From positions 11,436,552 to 11,500,551 of the forward strand of contig CM082584.2 of assembly GCA_040954595.2 (NCBI GenBank): a DNA stretch of 64,000 bases. Direction: 5' to 3'. The translations under genes and the position numbers were made by a program. Source of the stretch: Balanoglossus misakiensis (Eukaryota > Animalia > Hemichordata). The notes below the pieces were generated by a model. It made no database searches and was not told where the DNA came from. It worked only from the letters and a program-made list of their open reading frames with translations. Positions 37,739-49,129 of this stretch are shown here, in pieces. Numbering within the stretch: position 1 is the first letter of the stretch; the number at the start of each line of letters is the position of its first letter.

Positions 37739-38469
37739 CGGCGTCTACTGTGGTATCTCTTTGAGCCACCCCTCCCCCAGACACCAAATGACCCATCCCT
37801 AAATCTATCCACTCATAAAAATATTATAAAGTCATACAAATATTCTTTGAGCATACAAAAACGGATGTTTTGTCATTCAAAGGAAACAAAAGCGAAAAGA
37901 CATGTAATTTGATTCATATGTTTATGGTATTCACATTGATAATATTTGTATTCGACCACGGAAACTTAATATTATATATTTTTCTGTTTTATTAACGCCC
38001 CTTGTTTTCAAAAATCTTTGCGTCTTACGTAGATATCGCCAAGGTGGTCACCACCCAAGTTAAATAAATCCATAATAAGCTTAAGCCTATTATACAATTC
38101 AACGCCATGGTCATTTACGAGGTAAAAACCGTAAATTAAAACATGTCCGAACAACTCCGAAATGTTCTTTCCCTGCCCCGGCGAGACGGTGGCAACTCCT
38201 TCGTTGTCTGTGTTTACCTGTTTTTCTTGGAGTTGTTTACGTTAAGGCGGAATGGGAGTAGCCAATGTAAATGCGTGGTGATGTGTTTTTCAGTGTATTT
38301 TACCGCCATGTATATTTACGACAACAGACCATTCAACGCTACATACCAGTTGTATTGTTTTCACTTTTAACGAGCCGCTAAGGGGGTCCATTGCGCACGG
38401 TTTCCTGTGGAATTCTAGGAGAAAATCTATCTGCGATTCGCACCGGTAGTTCCAGAATTTAGCGTATCA

Positions 38470-38530
38470 CAGCTGTAGATGTATAAAATGACTCGGTTGT
38501 AGGGATTTTGGTGTAGCATGGCGTCTGCGT
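38470..38530 (+). promoter_or_regulatory. Candidate core promoter of the MuSK-like gene
   Basis: E-box CAGCTG at 38470-38475 next to TATAAAA at 38482-38488, about 210 nt upstream of the signal-peptide ATG at 38698. Confidence 0.3.
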
Positions 38531-38697
38531 CGGCTGAAATTGGGGTCAACTTTAGCTCTGTCTGTCGGCGGTGGTGGTTGGGACGTTTAGTGTTTACGGA
38601 GTGTGCTGAGTGACTGGACCTACACTACGCCAAGTAGTTCACTCGATTTGCCCGGATTTTACACCGTTTTGATGCCGAATTCACGCCCAAAATCAGA

Positions 38698-41600
38698 ATG
38701 TCATATGAGTGGATGGTATTAGCAGCATTTTTGACAACATTAGCCCAAGTTTGCTGCAGTGGTAACGAAGGTAAGGGGGTTTTTGTCAAGGTGTTTTCGC
38801 ATTTCATTCACTACATAATTCGGCCCTGGCAATTTGCCAATCTCGTAAAGTTGTTTACCAAAAATGAAATCGCGGGAAAGACTGTGTACCGCGAATTAGT
38901 CATTTTATTACCGAAAACCTCGGAATTGGAAAGATTTGTGGGTTGTGAAGTCGTGATCCGTGTGTGTTTCGTGAACCACGCGGGGATACGGGCGGGGGAA
39001 GTGAAGTTCCAGCCCATCCGGTGGTCTCGCATGCAAAATGGCGAAGCACTCGGGTGGAACAACAACAAAGCTCTCACATGTTGCACTGGCTCAACGCTGT
39101 CTACCCAGCGATCAGTAAAGAAGGAGATTGCAAAACATCAACCATGCAAAAGCTATCCAGTTTACAGTAACAGACACTTGCAGTGCGGGAAAAACAATTC
39201 CACCCACACGTAGTTGGGTGTGTGGGGCAAATTTTTCATTTATCAAGATCTTGTAGGACTTCTCTCGAACACGCGATGTGGACTGGCCTATTTGCCCAAG
39301 GTCAACCTTCATTTAGGTCTCGAAATAACTGACAGGGGAAAAGTTCACAGACTTCATGAAAATGTGTAGACGGTCTGCCAGACGATGGTGCACTGGTTGG
39401 ATCACCAGATCGCACGATCACAAACTCAGCAAAGGCATGTCCCGGGTCGGGGTTGGTGTTGGGTCACTCAAGGCGGAGGGTGCCATATATATTTGCATAG
39501 AAATTCAGGTGTTCCAAAGTTTGAAAACAAAAACATCAATCATCCACCGAGATTACCCTTTACATGTAAAGTGTCAACTTGCCAACTACCAAGCATCTAT
39601 AAATAAGCAGATGTGGGAGTAATGTAGGATTTTTTTAAGGGAAATATTTCTGCAAATTCATGCCTATCCAATTATCTCCACGATTTCCACCAATATTAAT
39701 CTTCATCAATCATGCTGAATTAATGGCTGAATATCCAGATTTTTTTTTATTTTCATCGTAAATATTTTGCTGGCAATAAAATTAAGTAAAAAGTTTCTGA
39801 AATTCCACCCCCCTTAAAACAGATTACAACACTTTGACATTCAGTGTCAGTCTTGCATATTCAAAGGATTCACATCTGTCATCTGTAATAATTAACTGTA
39901 TTGTTTTATTCCTGTCATCTGCAGTAATCAACACATCATTCTGTTTGCATCTTTGTATTTTTCAGTTTTTCCTCTGCCCGAAGAAAACTCTACTTCAAGT
40001 TCATTTACAACAACGTTGATTTCCCAGACATCAGCGAGAATCCCACATACAGGTAAGCTCCCAACATGAAAACTGCCATACCACTGGTAAGCCCCACATG
40101 AAGAGTATGTGGCACAGAATGAAGTGTACTCAGCCAGTACTACCACACGCACAAAACAGCTCTACTTGCTGTTGTGTGGAAAATCAATATTTTAATGTGA
40201 CACTGACAGGGAATAAAAGTGAAAGATACATGCACAAACAACCTCTGTGTGGTGTTTTGTGGAAAACAACTTTACAGGTGTATCTGTAAAAAATAGTGCT
40301 GAGTTTAGACATTTTCACCTGAAGTACACATACAACCTAGTTTGAGGTGTCTGTCCAGACATACATTGAAGGCCCAGCAGCGAAACCAGGACTTGCAATC
40401 TGTACTGGATCTTCGGATTCGACTGACCTTGTAATTATGCCAAGCAGTGAACTTGTCTGATTGTTAATCAAATTTCTGCTTTATTGTCATTCAGTGGAAT
40501 CACCTTGTACAGTTGCAATTGTGGTGCGTTTTTTCCCTCGCTCCATTCAGTGCCCCTTTCTCGTTGATTGAAATATTTGCATAGTAAATAGTTGTGTTAT
40601 CGTGAATATAGAGTGCGGAGAAATCAAAAAGGGGTACATGTATTTGCATGGCCTGGCAATTCTATCAAAGGGATACCCTCCCCCTTGACACATTTTTTGC
40701 CCTAGTTTACTCAGGGTGGAGATGTCAAATAATACGAGAGAAGGCAGGGTAAAGTTTTTAGCTTGCAAGACTAGTAACTATACATTCTTGTGAGCTAGAA
40801 TCGTCTACCTCTGCTTTTGGTGTACGATGATGTGAGTGTCACAATCTTGCACAAGTTGCATCATGTCCTTTTCCAAAAGGCTATCTACGGTATATGTTGT
40901 GCATAAATGTTGAATATAAGGAGAGCAGAGTCCATGCTTGGCTGAGTACATGTTGTAAACACAACTATATTTTGGCATAAATACCAAGGGTTTGACAGGC
41001 CCTGATGGTTTGGAATGTGGTCGCTGTCCCTCAGGGAGTTGTCCTTACAGGTGCCGACGTCTCTCAAGATTGATTGTAAGGTGTCGTGGAATGAAAAATC
41101 GTCTGGCAAGTGGACTGACTGATGAATGGGTCTCATCAGTTACTGTCTGAAAGAGAATTAGGGAATCGGCAGGGAGATTAGGAGGGGGGTTAGTACAGTG
41201 TTGAAAGGGAAGATTGCAGGGTTTACACAAAAAAACCATTGGGGAGGGAATTGATTGAGAAGGAAGGAAGGAGGGAGAGAGTGAATGAGAAAGGGTAAGG
41301 GGAGATAGAGTTCTGCTGTCATAAGTTTGTATTAATGGTAATTAGACACCCTCTAGCTTTGTGGGAATTTGTAAAATGAATAGCCAATGGTTAAACACTA
41401 ATTATGCAACATAACAACTATGGAATATTGGCCAGCTGCTGAAAAATTTGATATTTGATCAATTGCTAATGTGACCACAGTTTAAAATTGCAGTTTACGT
41501 GTATGTAACCAGTAGAATTGATGCATATGGGCATATTTTGGATGGTGTTTGTGAAGGATACAAGTAATAATTAATCATATTTACATATAACAGTGTGCTT

Positions 41601-44600
41601 CAAAGTGTTTGCCTAGATCTTGTTTGTTAATTTTAAATTAAACACAAATATTCGTTAAGTAAGGCACAGTGTGTCTTTCAGTTTCAAACCAGTGACATAT
41701 ATGGATATTTTTGCATCTTGACATATGTTACAACTGAACTGCTGCAGTTATTTTTATACTCATCTTGTTTTTAGACATCAGTTCCACCACGGTTAGTGAC
41801 CTGTCATTTACCTTTATGGTGACACAACCAACCAATCACATTGCTGCTTTCTGTGCCCGAAACTAAAAATAAATTAATATAAATTTAATACTGGTATGCT
41901 CTACTATCAGTATCACTAGATGAACTCAGGATAACCTTCGGCTTACTAAATTTAAGTGAATAAACTTTTCGTTCCAGACAGATTCATCATTATCACTTCA
42001 GCCCCAAAATAATAAAAAAAACACCATTAGTGATAAGTGCCAGGAAAAAAGTCTATCCTGGCTAGAAGATGAACTTTGTCAACCTAATCAATTGGAATAT
42101 TTAATAGATCGCATGTAATTACAAGTGATGTTTTCATACTCTAGTGGCTGTTGTCCTGATAGTCGCAGATGCATTAGGAAACATTTATGGTCACAACAGT
42201 TTGGTTGTATCCATATCTGGCAAGATGTATTACACGTATACGTATGTATATCTCATGTCTCGTATGTACGTCCCGTAGCGTCCCTGGCAGTGTTTGGCAA
42301 TCGTCCAACATTTGATGTCACACGGAGTGTTATTCGGTATATCGATCGACTGCGCTTGGTTATGGCAACCACACAGAATTGTCTGCGTAACCAGCCTTGT
42401 AATCCTTCTGGATGCCAAGAATATTGTCACCATTCTCCTGTTTATCGGTCAGTCCGTTGTCGTAAAAATAGCAAACCAAACAACTCTGCATGATTCTGAA
42501 GTGTCTGCTGTATGATAGATACTAGATATATTATTCTCTGAGTTTTTTCTCCACGTGGTACAGTTTCTGCAGAAGACACATGAAAGTGTTACTGAACATT
42601 GGGTCATTACACTGATAATCTTTTGCCTTGAGCAAGCCGTCTGTCAAGCAGAATTGTTCAAGACTTTAAGTACATTTCTTGAGCCTCCATCTAACATCTT
42701 TTCATGGAATACATCATGGTGATAATTTTGCACTTGGCATGTACAACTGATGGTGGCTGTTTGATTTGGTAAGCAACGTGGCAGATTACTTGTTCCGGAC
42801 TCCGGAAGCTGCCAGATTATCTTCCCATTGTCACATGTTATTCCCTCAGCAATCACCCGGCATCTGATTGACTGACAATCCAAACAGTCTTGGTTGGAAT
42901 ATCAAACACAGAACCAAACAACAGATATTATAGATTTATTCTTCCGCAGAATAGTTGTGCCAGTTGCAGTGTGTGTTTTCAGTGTTTTGTCACCAAACGT
43001 GGAACTTTTTTGACAGGAGGGAAGTTGAGCCATGTTTTTGCCCCGCAGCATGGGGGAAGTTGTTTATCTCCAATCGACCTCTACTTTGAGATTTCGTTTT
43101 CAGCTCTGTACAGACTTGTATTTCACTCAAGAAAGGGCATCAAAGGCTCGGTCTGGATCTCAATGCCAAATCTTTTTTCTTCTTCTTCACAAATCACAAA
43201 AGCAACCAACGGAGATTGGAGACACAACGTCTAGAGTGTTCTTGAGACGTGATCACATTCCATAATAAGCAAGAGCTGGGTACTCATTGGACGTGTGCTG
43301 TACTAATTATGCAATTTTAAATAATTCAGTTGCTATGGTTTGTAGTAATCTGCTCAATGTAGGCAAAGGAAAAAGCATGGTTGTGTCAGACAGTGCTTTG
43401 CCTGATGTGTCTGTGAGCACAAGACCTAATTTGGCAGTTTCCACTAGAGTAACCTACTTCTTGTTGTTTGCTTGTTTGTTTGTTTGTCTGTTTGTTCTTC
43501 AGCTGTTAGAAGTACCATCGCTCAACCCTCTGTAATGCATACACACACTTGCATGCACACATCACAAACTCGTGCATACACCTCTTGTACATACCAGTAC
43601 ATACATACACACACGCAAACACACGGATGTGCATTTCTGTTCAGCTAATTAACCTGCAGTTCCTAGTGATTTATTTGGTCAATAAAAGTCCTAATTTATC
43701 ACCATTGCTATATAAGGATTTTCAAGCGAACTTCTTGTAAACACAGACTTTATATGTTTATCAGGTAAACCTACAGATGATAAATCTTGGCTGTTCCTTC
43801 CGAACACCATGTACATCAAAACAGAAATATGTGGCAGTGTGTTTCATCACATATTCTTGCTGACAGACAACAGCCGGGTGGTTTTCTGTGTGTGGTACCT
43901 CGCCAAGATTGTTGTTATTGAGTACTTTGACAAGAGTTTTGAAAAATTGCATTTTTGTGGAAATCAGTAATGGGCATGCCGATCTGTTTATTTGCACTGC
44001 GAGGTATGTCATGAAAATACCACAAGTTCCTCTGTCATCACCTTTGACAGACTCTTCTACCTCTAAGGTAAACAAAGTGCGGTATTTCTGTGCATGATCG
44101 CCTCCTAAAACCACTCTGCCATATCCCGTTTGTCTATCAGTTTTTGTTGTTGCAATATTTCATAGTTTGCGGTGTGGATGACGCGGCCTTTCCTCGGTGA
44201 TAAAAAACGTTTGAAGCATCTTTGTGGGTCCAACACCTGCTTTGCCTCAGATGATCATGCACCTGGTGTACACCTGTTTGTAAGCAGAGAAGTTGACCAA
44301 TCAGAGACTAGCTAGGACGTACACTCCTGTATCTCATCTCAATATACATATGATCGTTGAGTTTCAGATTCAGAATGGTTATTTAACAACACTAAATAAT
44401 GGTAGATTGAATAAAGTGGTGTTGGGTTGGAGTGGGGGTTGCATCAGCAGTTGTTGGTGTATACGCCCATAGTTCTATGCCCCCCTGTACCCATTGACCG
44501 CAAGGTAGATAATGTAACTCATTAAAAATTTTGCCATTGCAGATTTCCATCGAGCCATTGCGGAATTTGTGTGGGCATGTTGTGTGGTCATGTTTACGTG

Positions 44601-47600
44601 TGTGTTTGAGATGGTGAAGGCGAAAACATTGGGTGCCTTGAAACTCACTGAAGCATTTTGGCTTTCGGGGCAGATATGATTGAGAGGTTGTTGCATTTTT
44701 AACCTGTCGAACCTTCTCTCTCGGTCTCCATCACTTTTCTCAACTTTTGCCAGGGCTCAGACGTTTGTCCGGTAACCCCCCCCCCCCCCCCAGCTTTTGG
44801 TAGACAGACACATAGTTTCCATATTTACAGGTGTCTGACCATTGGAATGGGGTCACTGTAGACTTTTTGAACGCCCCAAACATGTGACGACTTTTGGGAA
44901 CTCAAAGTTGGTGACCTTTGAACTTTGACCACTGTTCCTTATTGGTGAAGACTGTACATAAATTACCGTATGCACATCTGTATGCGTACTATGATATAAA
45001 ATTTATGATTTTCTCATTTTTTTCTTACTTTTCAGTACCAGAATTTTCAAAGCATCCTTTCAATGAAACACAACTGCAGGGAGGAGGGAAGGTGATATTT
45101 CGCTGCTTGGTGAGCGGTTTCCCAGAACCCACCCTGTCATGGGAGAAAGATGGCCGCCCACTCCCCGAAAGCATGCAGAGTAGAGTGACATTTAAAAATG
45201 GAAATTTGAAAATAAAAAATATTGAATTATCCGACGCTGGATTTTATCGCTGCATAGCTGCAAATGATGTTGGGACGACTTATTCAGAGCCTGCTTATCT
45301 TACTGTACATGGTAAGTATGGCTGCCTTTAGTGTGGTGTGGTTTTTGAGTAGTATTAGTTTGCATCCAAAATTGCCTTACTTATGAATGTTTTTACCAAC
45401 CTGCCAGTGATGATACCTTACAAAATTCTCAAACCGCTTCTACTTTCAGTTCCGGTGAACATCACCCAAGGTCCTCTGAGCTACAATGTTACCTATGGAA
45501 CGGTGATTAACCTAACTTGCGAGGCCTTCGGGATACCAACGCCTCAGATTGTGTGGGAGCGAAATGGCGCCATCTTTGTAAGTACAATCAGAAAAACAAA
45601 ACAAAATAATTATTTTCTTGCCTATCTACAGTATTTTTGAAAACATGTATAGGAACCACACATGCGTTCAGATAACCAGGATCATTGATTTTGACTGAGG
45701 CATCGCTTTCTCTGTGCATTTCAGTTTTCATCGGGAGATCGGTCGAGAGCCCACGATGGCAGAGTGTTAACAATCAACGTAACCATGCCACACAATTACA
45801 CCTGTATTGCTATGAATCATCCGATTCACATGGAGAAGATTAGCAAGAGAAGTGATCCAGCTGTGATATCTGTCGCAGGTAGGTTTTTTGTGTTTTCTAT
45901 GGAGAAGGGGGAGGGATTTATGTGACTGTTTTACTGTCTGCTGGTCAAAGATGACTGACGAGAAATATCCTATTTTTAGTCGTGACTACTGAAAACTTAT
46001 TTTCTCATACCATGCATGTCTTTTTCTCTTTTCTTATTCTGTATTGGTGCCGCACTGGACTTCAACAACAACAGATAAGGGAAAGTAAGTAAACATTCAT
46101 TTACATAGATAACAACAATGTAGTTTTTTAAATGATATAGCAGACTAAGTTACAGTGAAAAATACTTTGAAGCCAGATAGAGCTATCTACAAGTTTGGCA
46201 AGAATTGAGGGTCTAATAACTAAATATATTTTTTATTATCTCCATAGACCGGCAGGTTACTGTAGTTTCTACAAGGACAATTTCTGTGCCAACCACATTG
46301 GGGCAAAACAGCTGATCTTCTTCAACACTTCGTATCCCGCCCCAGAGGCCACCATCGAGAATCTGGTGGTGGATCTGAGCGTTGAACTGTTGAGCACCTT
46401 GGATCCGGCGTGTCGGATCCAGGCGGAGAAGATGCTGTGTCACTATGCTTTCCCGGATTGTGATAACTCGGTGCCGGGTTATCCCTTGCCAAAGCCTCTC
46501 TGCAAGTAAGTTTTGGAACCGAAGCCAGTTTTAATATTTATACTCATTAATAGTCATACTGATTAATATTCATGTATGTTGCAATACCCAATGTATCAAA
46601 ATGAGACAGTAGACTGGATTGAGTACACAAATGATGCTGAACAACCATTGTCTTCTCCCTTCTCTTCCAGAGAGGAGTGTCTTGCTGTAGAAAAAGCTTA
46701 CTGCAAAGTTGACTGGCCTCTCCTCGCAAACAATATCAAACACGGAATTCATCTCAAATCAAGGGGTCCGTTCCGATTACCAAATTGCTCCGTTTTACCA
46801 AGCATGCACAGCAAAGCTAATAGTCGTGGTCAGTGTTCTTTGTCGCACATCTATGGTAAGTTCAGAGTCCTCTCAAGTATTTTCTATTTTTTCTCCCGTT
46901 TTATGTCTGTAATATCTAATACAGTAACTGGCTAGGAGTAGAGAATTTGGAGATGCCCTTTCCTATACTGTTTTGTTCTGTGTCAGATATATAGATTGTA
47001 ATTTCACTTTCTTTCTGTTGCAGAGGAAAGAGAGGATCTTATTTCAGGTAAGTTAGTTGTCTTTTACATTTGAATAGTTGTAAGTCTGTAAGAAGTGAGC
47101 CCTCTAGTATTGATTGTGAGAGTGTCATATACTTTTGTTTTTTCAATGCCACCCATATTGTATCTCCATTCATTCTCAAGTTCAAATCACTTTCAAATTG
47201 CTCAAGTCAATTTGGGTAATGTTACCCTGTCAGACTCAAGCTAAAAGAGACCCTTTTCCTTTCTACAGAGACTTGTGTGTTAGGTGATGGCCAATATTAC
47301 AGAGGCAAAGTTAATATTACAGAAAATGGCTTGACATGTCAGGCATGGTATTTGCAGGTAAGCACTCACCATTATTCTTCAATTCCAAAATTTGTGTAAG
47401 AGGGGAGATATTTTCCCCTTTGACCCGATAGAGGTAATGTGCCTGCACATCTGAACTGAGATGTACCCCTACTGGTAGTGTTGGGGACAGACGAGCAACT
47501 GAGAATTTGAGTTTCATTTTTTTTCTCTGTTCTCATAGACACCAGAGTTCCACGAGTACACCCCGGATGTATTTCCATCGTTACCAAAAACCGAAAACTA

Positions 47601-49129
47601 TTGTCGTAATCCAGCCGGAGAAGGGGAACGACCGTGGTGTTATACGACAAAAGAGGGCGTAAGATGGGAATATTGCAATGTATCACATTGTGGTAAGTCA
47701 AAGCCTGCCAAGTAGGGCGCCCTCTGTGGTCCATATAGTGGTCCACCAGTAGATTTCAGTGTGACTGTTTGATATATCTCTGTCTATTATTAGACATAAA
47801 ATATTGCAGTCTCCTGTGAATTAATCTGATTTACCGTTTTGAGAAAAAAGAATTTATGTAGTCTCTGCATTCGGGAGAAGTATAGATAATGGAGACATGC
47901 AGTCAGATAATTGCTAGTAATAAATCATTGAATTTATTCTCATCCGTCACTGTTTTGATTTTCTAGAAAACGACACCCTTGTGTCGACGGTGGTGCCCCC
48001 GAAGGAGATGACAGAACCTGTACATACGGTGACCCAGAACAACAGCATCATTATGACCATCAGTGTCTCTCTAAGCGTAGCCTTGACCCTCGGGGTCATT
48101 CTCGTGGCGCTGACCTGGCTCAAGTGCAAGCAGCACCGGAAGTATTCCATGTACGAGTTCCCGAAGAACTTCGACGTCAGCAAGCTGCCGGAGAACCCCA
48201 TGTTCCAGAAGCCGGTCACGGAGAGGAGCCTCAGCCCGACCCTGGAGCATTTGGAGTATCGGAGGAACGATATTGTGTACATCAAAGACGTGGGGCAGGG
48301 GGCGTTCGGCCGTGTTTTTCTGGCGAAAGCGCCGAGGTTGATCGCCGGCCAGGAGTACACCAACGTCGCGGTGAAAATGCTCAAGACAGAGGCGTCGGCT
48401 GTAATGCTGCAGGCCTTCAACAGGGAAGCGCTGCTGATCGCCAAGTTCAACCACCAAAACATTGTCAAGCTTCTGGGTGTGTGCTCCATAGGCAAACCAG
48501 CCTGTCTACTGCTTGAACATATGGGCAAGGGCGATCTCAATGAATTTCTGCGAAATCGTGATCCCAAACATCTCCTGGAGACGTACCCAGTCACGCGGAA
48601 GCTTGGACTTCGACTGAAGGAACAGCTGAACATTGCGCAACAAATAGCTGCTGGCATGTCGTATATCTCTGAGAGAAAATTTGTGCATAGGGACTTGGCC
48701 ACAAGAAACTGCTTAGTTAGTGAAGGTATGAAGGTAAAAATTTCTGACTTTGGGTTGGCGAGGTATGTTGGCCACCAGCCATTTTACAAAGGGACTGAGG
48801 GGGATGCTATTCCCATACGATGGACAGCACCGGAGGCTATCCTGCAAAATGAGTTCACCATGTACTCTGACGTTTGGTCATACGGAGTCCTGCTATGGGA
48901 GGTTTTCACATACGCGCTGCAGCCGTACTACGGCGTCTCGCACAACGAGGTGATCAAACAGGTGCAAGCAGGGCGCATTCTCCCGTGTCCGGACAACGCG
49001 CCGGAAGAGATCTACCAGTTCATGAAGAAGTGTTGGCGGATGTTGCCAATGGACAGACCCTCGTTCCCCACCGTGCATACAATGGTCAGGCACCTGCAGC
49101 ATAAGTTCAACGGACAGGAAGTGTGTTGA
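38698..49129 (+). CDS. MUSK: MuSK-family receptor tyrosine kinase (signal peptide, 2 Ig, Frizzled CRD, kringle, TM, tyrosine kinase), about 837 aa
   Basis: Exons 38698-38770 (signal peptide), 45036-45311 (Ig), 45450-45577 and 45725-45878 (Ig), 46075-46084 (micro-exon), 46248-46505 and 46671-46855 (Fz-CRD), 47024-47047, 47269-47357 and 47539-47692 (kringle, NYCRNP..RPWCYT), 47967-49129 (TM plus kinase); 2514 nt in frame. Kinase segments [75 protein letters not shown] are MuSK-like. The C-tail is short, without the ROR Ser/Thr/Pro-rich extension. Linking exon 1 across the 6.3-kb intron is inferred from phase and signal-peptide character. Confidence 0.9.

Noticed and set aside
37083-37802. Possible MITE ends: ACCATTTGATT / AATCAAATGGT inverted pair and two CAAATG..CATCCCT ends
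   Set aside because: Only 11 bp of clean inverted match and no clear target-site duplication; cannot be supported without a repeat library.
38771-39213. Remainder of the 171-aa ORF starting at 38698
   Set aside because: A strong donor G|GTAAGG at 38770 ends the signal-peptide exon; the rest is intron read-through.
43503-43531. Another candidate micro-exon in MuSK intron 1
   Set aside because: The pyrimidine tract is a (GTTT)n microsatellite, and the donors are weak or phase-incompatible.
44912-44930. Nuclear-receptor DR1-like TGACCTTTGAACTTTGACC (also GGGTCAAAGGTCA near 3926-3938)
   Set aside because: In my experience such motifs are very frequent in marine invertebrate genomes; there is no locus-specific evidence.
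47947-48702. 251-aa minus-strand ORF and other overlapping ORFs
   Set aside because: Antisense or alternate-frame shadows of the kinase exon.
47967-49129. ROR1/2 assignment, suggested by the Ig-CRD-kringle layout
   Set aside because: The NPMx juxtamembrane motif, GAFGRVF.AKAP, DAIPIRW, intact catalytic residues and short tail fit MuSK rather than ROR.
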